Virus record (IMG/VR): IMGVR_UViG_3300050122_000263
Span: 518,008-582,007 of that record
Length of the DNA: 64,000 nt
Strand: one strand, 5' to 3'
The first letter of the stretch is position 1. Every line of letters starts with the position of its first letter. This document shows, in pieces, positions 10,725-20,713 of the stretch. Position numbers and translations under genes: made by a program. Under the pieces are notes generated by a model. The model did not search any database. It was not told where the DNA came from and saw only the letters and a program-made list of their open reading frames with translations.

Positions 10725-11351
10725 TTAACGAGGCTGTGGTAGGCAATGCAGCCGATTCATTAGTCTTAACAGGAAGCATTGTCCGTTGCAATAGTAAATA
10801 TTATCGTAATAGAGACAATCTCCCATTAAATCGGCCCAGACAGCTGTTCCTCTCTCCGCTAGCGTGCTGGCTTTCTCCACGTGAAGTTGGTATTCCTCCC
10901 TATAATCTTCATCACCTTCCTCTACGCCCTCATCCTGTTCGTCAAATGCTTTAACTCCTTCCTCCGTCAAAGGTGAAAGATAAAACTCGTTAACAGCGGT
11001 GAGAATGTCCATCGGAGTGACGCCTCTTGCATTCTCCACTTCTATCGTAAAGGTGGGTATTTGCTCATTGAAGGGAGCGATAGGACATTCCACTGTAATC
11101 TTGGTATTGTCGAAGGAGTGACACCAAGGATATACCATTTTTCTAAAGTCAATGGGGAGATGTAAATTTTCATCGTCGTCCTGTCCGAGATGTGCCAGTT
11201 TATAGTCAACGATTTTGTGGATTAAATTATCTTTAGTGCCGAACTTAAAACAGAGCTTATTAAGCTGTAACTGCGAATATTTCTTCTCTTCTTGCTTTTG
11301 CTCTAAGAGTTCAGGCTCTACAACCTGAATTTCAACCGGCTGATCTTCCAT
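10725..11351 (-). CDS. Hypothetical protein, tandem paralog B
   Basis: VENARGVTPMDIL..VNEFY..PLT, WADLMGD. Confidence 0.65.
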   Translation of the reverse strand: MEDQPVEIQVVEPELLEQKQEEKKYSQLQLNKLCFKFGTKDNLIHKIVDYKLAHLGQDDDENLHLPIDFRKMVYPWCHSFDNTKITVECPIAPFNEQIPTFTIEVENARGVTPMDILTAVNEFYLSPLTEEGVKAFDEQDEGVEEGDEDYREEYQLHVEKASTLAERGTAVWADLMGDCLYYDNIYYCNGQCFLLRLMNRLHCLPQPR

Positions 11352-11437
11352 CTTTTCGCATGATTAAGACTCAGCGATCTAAAACTCAGATTTGTATTTT
11401 GAGTTTCTACATCATATTAATTTATTGCTCTGAAAGG

Positions 11438-11842
11438 ATGGAAGCTCTCATTCTGCAACATGTTACTCAGTTGCTTGACAAGAAGACCAGGAAATATATG
11501 CGTCATATGGCTCAGCTACAAACTAGAAAGGCTATAGTTGAGGGTACTAGGCAGGCCAAAATGACACTGACTACTACCCTCAATGGCTCAGGGCACTCTA
11601 TTAATGTAGTGGCTCATCTCACAGAAGATGGTGATCTCTACATTTATTATAGTAAGAACCTCAATAAGCTGAAAGTGTTTCGCAGGAAGAATGTGGAGAA
11701 GATCTGGCTTACAACTGATGGCATTCGGGGGATGTATAAGGATCATTGGTGCTTCTCTCTTGCCCTAAATAATAGCGGATCTGGCGGGCAACTTATCTTC
11801 ACCATGCTCAGAAAGATGAGCAGTCTTTCTGATGAAAATTAG
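11438..11842 (+). CDS. Hypothetical basic protein
   Basis: ORF; start MEAL at 11438 preferred. Confidence 0.5.
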   Translation: MEALILQHVTQLLDKKTRKYMRHMAQLQTRKAIVEGTRQAKMTLTTTLNGSGHSINVVAHLTEDGDLYIYYSKNLNKLKVFRRKNVEKIWLTTDGIRGMYKDHWCFSLALNNSGSGGQLIFTMLRKMSSLSDEN

Positions 11843-11922
11843 GATTATGAAATAACTGTGATCTATCTGCAACATTTTGCCCCATAAACTGAGACAAATA
11901 TCTATGATGTGTGGGAAAATGA

Positions 11923-12297
11923 ATGATTTGTGTTCTTTCAAAACATGAGAAAGAAAGGGCTTTACCTAACAACAATACTTACACGATGACAACTTGGGCA
12001 GAGAGCGTAGCTGAGATGAAGAGTCTTGAAGATAACTGGTTAGATGGTTCAGGCCACAAGCCAAGCGAGAAAGCTCTGGCTAAATTGGAGCTCATGTCTC
12101 AGGAACTGCAACGTTTTGAGGTACCCATTCTCTTCCCAATGGATGACGGTGGTGTGGAAGTAACATGGCCACACAAGCTGTATCTGTTTGTTGATGCAGT
12201 TGGCAATGTGAATCACTGGGACGCCGACAAAGAGAAGTTCCTGCAAGTGGAGACAATCCCGACAGATGCTCTCAACCCGAAAGATTCCGGTCATTGA
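11923..12297 (+). CDS. Hypothetical protein
   Basis: LEDNWLDGSG..P...A and P..DGGVEVTW pattern; true start may be 11986. Confidence 0.55.
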   Translation: MICVLSKHEKERALPNNNTYTMTTWAESVAEMKSLEDNWLDGSGHKPSEKALAKLELMSQELQRFEVPILFPMDDGGVEVTWPHKLYLFVDAVGNVNHWDADKEKFLQVETIPTDALNPKDSGH

Positions 12298-12328
12298 GGC
12301 GGAGACTGGAGTGTATAGAATATAATAA

Positions 12329-12351
12329 AAAATCTGTACTATACAGATTTT
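12329..12351. terminator. Hairpin between convergent genes
   Basis: aaaatctgta-cta-tacagatttt. Confidence 0.7.
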
Positions 12352-13858
12352 ACTTGAAGTGATAGAGCTGAGGTGGTATAAATTTCCCTGCAGGAGAGGG
12401 TTGTACTTGTTCGAGCCTGTAGGCTGGCTTATTTCTAGAAGGAGAACGGGCTGTCATCACCATCTGTGGTATGAACCTTCTGCTTGGATCAGTGGCTGGT
12501 TGAGGTGTGGGTTGAAATGTGGGCTGAACAGGCTGAACAGGCTGAACAGGCTGAGTGACTGGTAAGACAGGGGGTTGAAGAGGACGGACTATAGGTGAAG
12601 GTATCAGCATAGGAGTGAAGGGTTGAAGAGGACGGATCATAGGTGAAGGCGTAGGCAAAGGCATTATCATAGGAGTGAAGGGCTGAAGAGGACGGACTAT
12701 AGGTGTAGGTGAAGGTATCAGTGCCGGAGTGAAGGGTTGAATTGGAGGTGTTTGAGGTGCAGGAGGTAAGATGGGATCCCCATAAGCCCCAAGTAGGGTT
12801 AACCCAGTGGGGTAAGTGGTAAACATTTGCGAGAGCTGTTTAACCACAGGGACATCAGCCACATACTGGAAAGTGTATTCCGCAGGTGGCCGGAGAAGAT
12901 AGTCGAGACTTTGTTGGAAAAGTTGACCTATCAACTCATTAGGGCTAGCCCATTCACTAAGCACAGATATTAGACCATTTGCGGTGCTTTCTAGATATCC
13001 GGGAACATCCATAACAAAGCCCGGGTTACGGCGAATGGGGCGAACATCCTCATAATCAATCCAGGCCGCTCTCATTCCCAGAGTTGGCACATAGTAGCTC
13101 ACACCAAGAATTTGGTAAGCAAAGAATCCATTGGAGTCAATCGGGAAGATAACTGCATTTTCCGACTTGGGATCGAGATGCTCATAATCAACCCCAAGCA
13201 ATGCATCCTGCCCTTGCCAAAGTTGAAGGAACAAGGTTAGCTCCTGCTGAACGGTAGTTTGTGTAGCTTGCAGCCAAGTTCGAACATTTGATCCACCCTT
13301 CTCAGATAGAACATAAGTGTAACCAGCTATTTCATGGAAAATCTGTTCTTCAATCGCCTGGTCGGGGAGCGGTGCACCAAATTGCATCGATTGTTCTCGG
13401 ATCTGTCGATAATAGTCCTTCTGACCCTGTCGCCACTGTTCGCGAGGTGGCACGAATCGCTCAGGCCGATCCAAAGGGCAATGCAACACTGCATAAACAT
13501 AAGTTAAATGTGCTGTCTTGTTAGTTTCAATTAACTTGTTGATCGTGGCGTAAAGATTGTCGAGATCACTGTAACGGCCACTTTGTTCCAAATGAAGCTC
13601 GCGGTCAACACGCTTCACAGCATAACCATATTGACAGATTTCGTCTTCACAAGCGGCAAACACTGTTGCATAGCCTCCTTCACCTAACTTACGAACCTCC
13701 GGGTTAGCAAAGATGATTGAAGCAGGGAAATCTCGAGCTGTTGCATTACAAGTTAACCCTTGTAGACGGCTCTTAACATAATTAATCTTTTCCTCTTCTC
13801 CACGCAACCAAACCCCTGAGACTGGGGTAGTTTGCACAGTAAGTGGTCCGCCTTCCAT
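12350..13858 (-). CDS. Divergent Ser/Thr protein kinase with Pro/Gln-rich C-terminal repeats
   Basis: LGEGGYATV, YAVK, HLDPKSEN, IDYE; repeats of PIVRPLQPFTP and QPV. Confidence 0.7.
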   Translation of the reverse strand: MEGGPLTVQTTPVSGVWLRGEEEKINYVKSRLQGLTCNATARDFPASIIFANPEVRKLGEGGYATVFAACEDEICQYGYAVKRVDRELHLEQSGRYSDLDNLYATINKLIETNKTAHLTYVYAVLHCPLDRPERFVPPREQWRQGQKDYYRQIREQSMQFGAPLPDQAIEEQIFHEIAGYTYVLSEKGGSNVRTWLQATQTTVQQELTLFLQLWQGQDALLGVDYEHLDPKSENAVIFPIDSNGFFAYQILGVSYYVPTLGMRAAWIDYEDVRPIRRNPGFVMDVPGYLESTANGLISVLSEWASPNELIGQLFQQSLDYLLRPPAEYTFQYVADVPVVKQLSQMFTTYPTGLTLLGAYGDPILPPAPQTPPIQPFTPALIPSPTPIVRPLQPFTPMIMPLPTPSPMIRPLQPFTPMLIPSPIVRPLQPPVLPVTQPVQPVQPVQPTFQPTPQPATDPSRRFIPQMVMTARSPSRNKPAYRLEQVQPSPAGKFIPPQLYHFK

Positions 13859-14018
13859 TTACCCTTGGCTAATAATTTTTAAGTTTCTCAATTGATAACC
13901 TAATATATCGAAGGAAGATCTGATTATCTTCTCTAATATTATGGGTTAAATTAAGGCTTCCAATAAATTTCTACTCTAAACTGAAATCCTGAAAGTTCTT
14001 CTTTTATCCAGCTCAAAG

Positions 14019-15125
14019 ATGGAGTGTAATCCAGAACAAACAGATGTTATTGTGTCTGAACAGACCACTGAGACAGTTTTACAGGTCACAGATATAGAGC
14101 AGTTTAAGCAAACTCAGAAACAGCTGGACGAATTGGGGAAATCTTCAATTATTGTCGAAGTTAAGTTGAAGGCACCCTGGAGAGAGTTTATTAAGGCCGG
14201 GTTTCTTCCACTAATCGGTCACGGGGAATTCACTGAATGTAGCGGTATGGCTCTACAAGCTTGCAATGTTGGATTAACTGCAAGAATGGCTCTAGGGTAT
14301 TTGCTATCTGGCTATACTGAACCGGAAATGGATTTCTACATCGGAGATCATTGGCGTGAAGTGGCTGATTTCCAACAATGGGGTCGCTGGCAGTTCTGCG
14401 CGCTAGAAAGCTGGTATGCCCAAGCTATGACCGATTGCCAATCCCTCCCAATCATTCTGTATGGAAGGGCTGGGGATCTCTACACTAAATCTCAGCGGCC
14501 TCGTACTGATATGTCTCTCTTTCTACCATTGACCCTTTCTACACCCCCCTCTTACAAGCAGGAGGAAGATTGGCAGTTAGTTCCAGTCACTCGTTACGCT
14601 TCAGGAATGAGTAGAGGCCTCTTCCATGAGGAAGACAATACTAGGCAATTTGGTACTTATTACTACAAAGAAGAGGAATCAACTATCTTCTTGCGCTATA
14701 AGCGAGCTCTGATTGCCAAGAACAAATATGAAGCAGCTAAACAACTGGGCGTAGAAGCAGAGAGGTATTTGAACGGAGAGAAAACAGCCAAAGCTTGGTA
14801 TCGAGGAGAAATTCCAACACCAGCCGATCTAATGATGACTCCGATAGAGATGTATGATTGCACTCTAACACAAGACAGGGATATCCTAGGAAACTGTAAC
14901 GAGCTCTGCAAGCAAATTTCCCAAGATAAGCGATATGCTGGTCTCTTCTTGGGTCTCTATGCTGCGGAGGATGATCTGGATGGAATTTTGTATGATCGGG
15001 CTAAGAAGGCCGGTTACGATATAGTCATATTCTCAGCAATTGGCTCTCATCAAGTTGTTGAGGAAGTATTGGATGTACGACCTCGAGCAGAATCCTTCTC
15101 TCATCTAGTCAGATGCTCAGAATAA
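14019..15125 (+). CDS. PVTRYA/GTFYY family protein, paralog 2
   Basis: PVTRYASGMSRGL, GTYYY, AEDDLD, GYDIVIF..GSHQVVEEVLDVR. Confidence 0.7.
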   Translation: MECNPEQTDVIVSEQTTETVLQVTDIEQFKQTQKQLDELGKSSIIVEVKLKAPWREFIKAGFLPLIGHGEFTECSGMALQACNVGLTARMALGYLLSGYTEPEMDFYIGDHWREVADFQQWGRWQFCALESWYAQAMTDCQSLPIILYGRAGDLYTKSQRPRTDMSLFLPLTLSTPPSYKQEEDWQLVPVTRYASGMSRGLFHEEDNTRQFGTYYYKEEESTIFLRYKRALIAKNKYEAAKQLGVEAERYLNGEKTAKAWYRGEIPTPADLMMTPIEMYDCTLTQDRDILGNCNELCKQISQDKRYAGLFLGLYAAEDDLDGILYDRAKKAGYDIVIFSAIGSHQVVEEVLDVRPRAESFSHLVRCSE

Positions 15126-15184
15126 ACGCCTAAGTGAGTAAAAAACTATTATCTCTAGGCAGAGATAATCGGTCCTTGTAAAGA

Positions 15185-15889
15185 ATGGAAGATGCTGCTC
15201 GCAACCTTTCACAAGCCCCTCTATCTCCAGAGTGTCAGAAACAGCTGTGGGCCAGTGTCACTAATTTCTTACAATTACAAGCAGCCGCTGCCCTCAATAT
15301 TCAGGGCAATGCCATATCTGGTCCTATCTATGGTAGTCGTTTGAATGAGGAATCTGAAATTATTCTAACTCAGCTAACCAAGCTTAATCTCTATGGCTGC
15401 TTCACAACAGATTCTCAGCCATATCAGCGTTTCACTCTCTTTGAGGATCAGAACCAAGATGTCATTCAGCGTCCTTTTCTCATGTTCTGGACTAGAACTG
15501 CCTTAGCAGCCTCCTTTCTAGGTCGATTCCTTCAACTTCATCCCCAGGCTTTGATTAGTGTGACTCATAACGGGCAGATGGTGCCTGAGACATATGGAGT
15601 CAACAATTTCACTTTTGCTCAACATACTAACCCAACTACCAATGAGACAAATTATCTTGTTGCAGCTCACATGGTACGCCCGGTTAACGATCCTAATGCA
15701 GCTTGGCAAGAGAACTACAACACCACCTTCACACTCCATCAAAACATCTATGATGTTGAGAGGGCTAGCGTACAGAGTGTTGAGCCCGTCTCACTCTTCA
15801 TTGTGCTCAGCGCTGAGCAGTCCAACAGACTATTTGATGACTGCCTCAGGTCTATTATCTATGCAATTGGAGTGGAAGAAGGTGTATAA
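15185..15889 (+). CDS. Protein resembling the MTHFR C-terminal regulatory domain, paralog 1
   Basis: LNEESEIILTQLTKLNLYGCFTTDSQP...QRPFL. Confidence 0.55.
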   Translation: MEDAARNLSQAPLSPECQKQLWASVTNFLQLQAAAALNIQGNAISGPIYGSRLNEESEIILTQLTKLNLYGCFTTDSQPYQRFTLFEDQNQDVIQRPFLMFWTRTALAASFLGRFLQLHPQALISVTHNGQMVPETYGVNNFTFAQHTNPTTNETNYLVAAHMVRPVNDPNAAWQENYNTTFTLHQNIYDVERASVQSVEPVSLFIVLSAEQSNRLFDDCLRSIIYAIGVEEGV

Positions 15890-15977
15890 CCTGAATTTAG
15901 GACTTATCTCCCAAGATAAATCTGGAGGAAATTATAAACTGTTTCACTTAAAAAGGTCATTTAATTGGTCAAACAAG

Positions 15978-17000
15978 ATGGCGAACAAGGAACTGGCTTC
16001 TCTTATCACTGTGTTGAGCGAAGTGGCTGAAACTTATTCTAAGCAAGTGATTGAAACTGTGAAGGTTAATATTGATTGCATTAACAAGATCCGATCGGCC
16101 ATCTCAGTACTTGAGAAGCTTACCATTCCTGCCTCGGAAACCGGAACTCCGAAGCTAGAGCAGGCTGTGAAAGATGTTGAGCAGCCTCAGCCTCAACAGA
16201 CCGAAGTTTGTGAAATTAAAGCAGAAGTTAAGGAATCACTGACAATCACCCCATCTACTACCCCAAGTCCTGTCATTGCTGTTGAAACTGTCGTGCCTGA
16301 AACTATCCCCGCTCATCCACCCTCTCCCGTCTGCAGTAGATATCACCAGTCTGATTTCGAGCGCTTCCTGCGCCAGCACGATCTACCTTCTAAATTCATG
16401 GAGCAGTTCCTCAAAGCTGTCTGTGAGCATAAGGGCAAGCTGTACGGCAGCTACCTCATGCGGGCTATGATGCTGGTTACCATGCAACAGGCCCACAAGC
16501 CTAATTGGCTGGTTGATCCCCACACTGTTCGCTTCTGGTTCACCAGTGAAGAGGATAAAGCGGCAGCTTTCAAGGTTCTGTCGTGCGGACAAGATTACCG
16601 TCTCCTTAAGAACATAGGAGACGCTGACAAGTATAACTTACACTTCATCAGTCGCAAGGGAGGTTTTAAGCTGCTGCCACTCACTGTCTATCTGGTGGTC
16701 TCTCCTGTCTTCCCGGAAAAGACCTTCCTACAAGCCATGGTGGTTTATGATTTCAAAGGTAGCATGGGATCCTACCCTCCCTTGGCTCCAGTTCTCAGAG
16801 ATCTCATATTCCGCTTCAATGCGGGAGCTGGCTACATGAAACATGCTGAATTCATGCGCGCTCGTTGCAACTACAACGAGCGAGAAATCAAGGCTGCCCG
16901 GGATAGCGAACAGGAACAACTCACTCACGGCTTCGTCGTAGATCGCACCTTTATTGTGCGAGATGATGGCACTCTCACTACATTTGAGCCTCCCAAATAA
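15978..17000 (+). CDS. Degenerate nucleotidyltransferase-like paralog of 7940..9337
   Basis: GKLYGSYLMR...VRFWFTSEED aligns with GYAFGGVVRD...VDVWFTNDTE; start MANKEL at 15978. Confidence 0.55.
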   Translation: MANKELASLITVLSEVAETYSKQVIETVKVNIDCINKIRSAISVLEKLTIPASETGTPKLEQAVKDVEQPQPQQTEVCEIKAEVKESLTITPSTTPSPVIAVETVVPETIPAHPPSPVCSRYHQSDFERFLRQHDLPSKFMEQFLKAVCEHKGKLYGSYLMRAMMLVTMQQAHKPNWLVDPHTVRFWFTSEEDKAAAFKVLSCGQDYRLLKNIGDADKYNLHFISRKGGFKLLPLTVYLVVSPVFPEKTFLQAMVVYDFKGSMGSYPPLAPVLRDLIFRFNAGAGYMKHAEFMRARCNYNEREIKAARDSEQEQLTHGFVVDRTFIVRDDGTLTTFEPPK

Positions 17001-17028
17001 TGACCGTTAACTAACACAAGTAAATTAA

Positions 17029-17049
17029 AAACTCATAACTTATGAGTTT
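17029..17049 (+). terminator. 3'-end hairpin
   Basis: aaactcataa-c-ttatgagttt. Confidence 0.7.
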
Positions 17050-17147
17050 CGACATAGATCGAGGTAAATAATGCTGAACTTGGCAGAGATAATTGATAAT
17101 CTGATTTGACAGCATTTCAGTGTTTTGCATGAAAGCTAACAGGAAAC

Positions 17148-18206
17148 ATGCAAGAACCGGTTATTGTAACAAGCGATCATGGACGAGGCCCAGCTAATGA
17201 GGGTCTCCAGCGTTTAGTGAGAGAAGAGGAGTTGCACGAGCACTTCAAGACTTTGTATGGAGAGATGGAGGCACAGCAGATAAGAGAGATGTGCTACAGT
17301 TTTGAGCCTGAAGCCAGTAAAACCCCACCTTACTACTGGGTCTTCCTAGAGCGTGGTTCAACAGAGTTGAACTCAGCCCTTACTCACTCCACGGGAGTGA
17401 GTTTAGAGCGTCGCTCGGAAGACATTCCAAGCATAGCCCCTGCTCACTCCACAGAGATGAGCTCGGATCATAGTTCAACAGAGTTAAACTCGACTCCTCA
17501 CCCTGAGGCGAATAAGGATCGCAGCACAATTTTCCATGAGGTTTTTCCCAAGCACTATCAGATCAGCTGGAAGGATGAGCCCCATGAATTGGAGACTGTC
17601 ACCTGTTACCATACAGTGGCAACTATCACCAACAACTCTCTTCCAGCCACTCATGCTGCAATGACTGAGGCAGAGTACAGTGCTATTCTGCTCGGAGTTA
17701 AGAAGCACTTCATCAATGATGGCGTGGAAGAGATGTCTCAATCTCTCTACAGCAGGAGCAGTGGGCGCCATGTCACAGTTGATCTTCCCCATCGAGAAGC
17801 CATGTTCCGCGACTTCTTCGGCGACAACTACGAAATAATCTTCACACTGGAGAATAACATGATCGATGGACATCCGTTCCAGTATAACACCCTCCTGATT
17901 AGGCGCAAAGAAGGAGCAGATGCAGCTCTACCCATACGCCAAGAGTTCGCTGTTAAGACCGAGTTCCTGGGTTGGCTGCACAAGAAGCGAGCTGAAATGA
18001 CGAGACTAGGCCGCTGCACCTTGACTATGTCTGGGGATCAAGCAGATGTCTTCTTAGTCATTAGCTTGGCTAGCCGAGACAAACTGGTGCATACCGCTTT
18101 TGGTAAGCGCTGCCGCATAGAATGGGCTGAGGAGCAGAGAGTGCTGTATGGCCAGACCTACCATTACACTACCCTCTATGTGGCTATGCCCATCACCGGC
18201 CGCTAA
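17148..18206 (+). CDS. Hypothetical protein with an apparent threefold internal domain repeat
   Basis: R..hF...F...Y.I.W/F...Y.T motif three times; Ser/Thr-rich insert in the first unit. Confidence 0.6.
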   Translation: MQEPVIVTSDHGRGPANEGLQRLVREEELHEHFKTLYGEMEAQQIREMCYSFEPEASKTPPYYWVFLERGSTELNSALTHSTGVSLERRSEDIPSIAPAHSTEMSSDHSSTELNSTPHPEANKDRSTIFHEVFPKHYQISWKDEPHELETVTCYHTVATITNNSLPATHAAMTEAEYSAILLGVKKHFINDGVEEMSQSLYSRSSGRHVTVDLPHREAMFRDFFGDNYEIIFTLENNMIDGHPFQYNTLLIRRKEGADAALPIRQEFAVKTEFLGWLHKKRAEMTRLGRCTLTMSGDQADVFLVISLASRDKLVHTAFGKRCRIEWAEEQRVLYGQTYHYTTLYVAMPITGR

Positions 18207-18280
18207 TATGTTAAAAAGCCAAAATATATACCTAAATATGATAGGTATATCTACTTCATCAATCCTGTTAAAGTGAGGCT

Positions 18281-18883
18281 ATGCAAGCTGTTGTTTCAGA
18301 CTATCAGAGCTGGTTGCAGCGTTATCAATCATTCTGCTCAATTCTGACCCCTGACTTCTCTATTGACGGTAACTTCTCTCTGGCACAGGGTGACCTCGCA
18401 CAGGTATTGTGTGAGATGTCACTAAACTCAGCTGAGTGGTTATGCTGTTTGTCCAGACATCTGAGGGCTTACCGCCTAGACATCTGCGATTATATCGTGC
18501 GGCAAACAGAAGGCATAAGCACTTCAAACCGGGGCAAGTTGGATAAAGTCACTGTCGATGATGGCAAAGCAGTTATAATGGAGAATCTGAGACATGATCT
18601 GGATCTAATTCATCGCTTATTGGCTGTAGTGCAAGCAATGGAGAGAGCTGGTACTATCACAGTATTTGGTTTGCCTATTAATTCCAGTTATCTAAACGCA
18701 GCAGCTGAGTTGCGACAGATTGCTCAAGATACAGTTTCAGAGCAATTGGCCCCAGATGAGGAGTCCGAGGAAGATGACAGATCAGTCAGATTTTCAACAG
18801 CTCAGCCTGAGCAGGGCAGATCTCATTTACCATTCTGTATCTTGGTTATTGCTATCGTAGCAGCCTCTTTTTATATGCATTGA
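18281..18883 (+). CDS. Hypothetical tail-anchored membrane protein
   Basis: C-terminal hydrophobic LPFCILVIAIVAASFY. Confidence 0.6.
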   Translation: MQAVVSDYQSWLQRYQSFCSILTPDFSIDGNFSLAQGDLAQVLCEMSLNSAEWLCCLSRHLRAYRLDICDYIVRQTEGISTSNRGKLDKVTVDDGKAVIMENLRHDLDLIHRLLAVVQAMERAGTITVFGLPINSSYLNAAAELRQIAQDTVSEQLAPDEESEEDDRSVRFSTAQPEQGRSHLPFCILVIAIVAASFYMH

Positions 18884-18899
18884 CTGCAAAAACTCTTCA

Positions 18900-18907
18900 A
18901 AAATTGA
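18900..18907 (+). promoter_or_regulatory. AAAATTGA motif, identical to the mimivirus early promoter core
   Basis: Exact octamer 50 nt upstream of ATG 18950. Confidence 0.4.
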
Positions 18908-18949
18908 GCTACACACTTCTCAGTGTAGAGTTTGCAAACACAAGCGGGA

Positions 18950-19489
18950 ATGAGTGGTACAGGCGATGAAGTTACTAATTCTAAATCAGAGGTAGTTCAA
19001 AGCAGTGACCCTGTAGCGGAGGCGGAAGTAGTGGTCAAACCAGCAGAGCCAACTATAACCCCAGCCCCAACCTCAATTCCAGCAGCATCTCAACAAGAAA
19101 CAATACAGCCTCAACAGCCGGCAGCTATAACCTCACAGTCCTCTCAAAAGGTAACTCAGCCCTCTAAACCTCAATCCAAACAAGCGACAGCGGCCAAGGC
19201 GCCTCAGAAACACTCAGCCAAAGTTGGCAAGCAGAAACAGAAAGAGCCCATCGATCCTTATACAGCAAATACCAATGATGTGATCAATCTAACGCCTGAA
19301 GAAGTAGCTGATCTGTTACTGCGATTCAATGTGGAGAAAGCTCATGTACTTCCCTTCATTAAGGAGCGGATTAATGGGCTGGCTTTCCTGCTGCTGGAGA
19401 GTTATGAGCTCAATCACCTTAACTTGCCTCTAGGGCCGAGGAAAGTGATCTTCTACTTGATTCAGCAGATTCGCCAGCGCAATAGTTGA
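18950..19489 (+). CDS. SAM domain protein with disordered N-terminus
   Basis: LTPEEVADLL...FIKERINGLAFLLL...L.HLNLPLGPRKVI. Confidence 0.75.
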   Translation: MSGTGDEVTNSKSEVVQSSDPVAEAEVVVKPAEPTITPAPTSIPAASQQETIQPQQPAAITSQSSQKVTQPSKPQSKQATAAKAPQKHSAKVGKQKQKEPIDPYTANTNDVINLTPEEVADLLLRFNVEKAHVLPFIKERINGLAFLLLESYELNHLNLPLGPRKVIFYLIQQIRQRNS

Positions 19490-19505
19490 TGGCTGAGATT
19501 AATAA

Positions 19506-19529
19506 AAACAATATAGGACTATGTTGTTT
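19506..19529 (+). terminator. 3'-end hairpin with a G-U pair on the sense strand
   Basis: aaacaatatag-ga-ctatgttgttt. Confidence 0.6.
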
Positions 19530-19750
19530 CACTTGATAAGCTCGACTTAACACTGAGGTATTGTGGCATGATCATTAAAATGCTCTGTGTTAACTGCCCT
19601 ATTCTTCAGGCATAGGTTGTGAATTCTGATTTACAATGCTCTAACGCCTGTGTGAGCGCGCTCAAAGGCTCAGATTAAATAATCACAGTTGTAGATTGAT
19701 TTATTGGGTTACTCATTAGTGGTAATAAACACAACTTCACACAGTTAGAT

Positions 19751-20566
19751 ATGCAAGGAACAGATGAGCAAGTAGCACACAACACCATAAGTGGTGATGA
19801 GGATTTATCTCAAGATCAAACACCCGAAGGCTCTGAAGAAGAGGAAGTAGTAGATGTGTTTTCTCTAGCCTCAGCTCCAAAGGGATCGGACGATAATGCA
19901 ACGGCTAAAATCGTGTCCCACGCATCTATCTCCTATCAAGCAGGGGAAGATTTGTGGCAGACAATAGCCAACTTCGAGCAATTGCAAGCTGTTTTTGCTC
20001 TCAACATCCAGGGAAATGTATTGGAGAGCCCATCCCATATTGGTCGCCTAGATGAGGAAACTGAGGTTATTATACCTCAGCTGACTAAGCTTAATCTATA
20101 TGGCTGTGTTACTGTCAACTCTCAACCCTATGGTAAGTTTGTTTCACCACTGACCAACAGTTGGGCTATCCAACGGCCTTATCTCTGTTGTTGGTTGCGC
20201 TCTGAGGAGGCCTTCGCTTTCATCGCCACTTTACGAGAGATAGATGAAAGATATGCCGTCACATGTGTTGACGATGAAGTCATGACTCCGGAGACCTTCG
20301 GCCTGAAGCACTTCATCCTGGACAACGGTGCTATAGCAGGGTATAAGACACTGACTATCACAGGGGAAGGCGAGGTTTGGGTTGAGGATTACCATCATTG
20401 CCTTCCTATGACGGAGAACAATTATGTAGATGAGCAAATACGACTTAACATAGTTGGTGAGAAGATGACCTTGATCACAATTGTCAGTGATCAACAGAAC
20501 AATGATATCTTCGATGACTGTGTTAAGGCCATGGCCAAGGTGGTCTATCACAGGGAGTGGCCCTAA
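19751..20566 (+). CDS. Protein resembling the MTHFR C-terminal regulatory domain, paralog 2
   Basis: LDEETEVIIPQLTKLNLYGCVTVNSQP...QRPYL. Confidence 0.55.
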   Translation: MQGTDEQVAHNTISGDEDLSQDQTPEGSEEEEVVDVFSLASAPKGSDDNATAKIVSHASISYQAGEDLWQTIANFEQLQAVFALNIQGNVLESPSHIGRLDEETEVIIPQLTKLNLYGCVTVNSQPYGKFVSPLTNSWAIQRPYLCCWLRSEEAFAFIATLREIDERYAVTCVDDEVMTPETFGLKHFILDNGAIAGYKTLTITGEGEVWVEDYHHCLPMTENNYVDEQIRLNIVGEKMTLITIVSDQQNNDIFDDCVKAMAKVVYHREWP

Positions 20567-20713
20567 TTAATAGATAGTTAAAAAGGGTGTGTAAAAATTT
20601 CCCATATGGATGGGAAATCTTGCATAAGAGTATAAGGGATAATAGTGGCAGAATGTGAATAACACTAACAGAATTATAAACGGAGAGTTTCAAGAAATTT
20701 AGGCAGAGCAAAG

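Noticed and set aside
15594-15977. N-terminal extension of the 468-aa ORF overlapping 15185..15889
   Set aside because: Overlaps a paralog-supported gene; the AAGATG start at 15978 is more plausible
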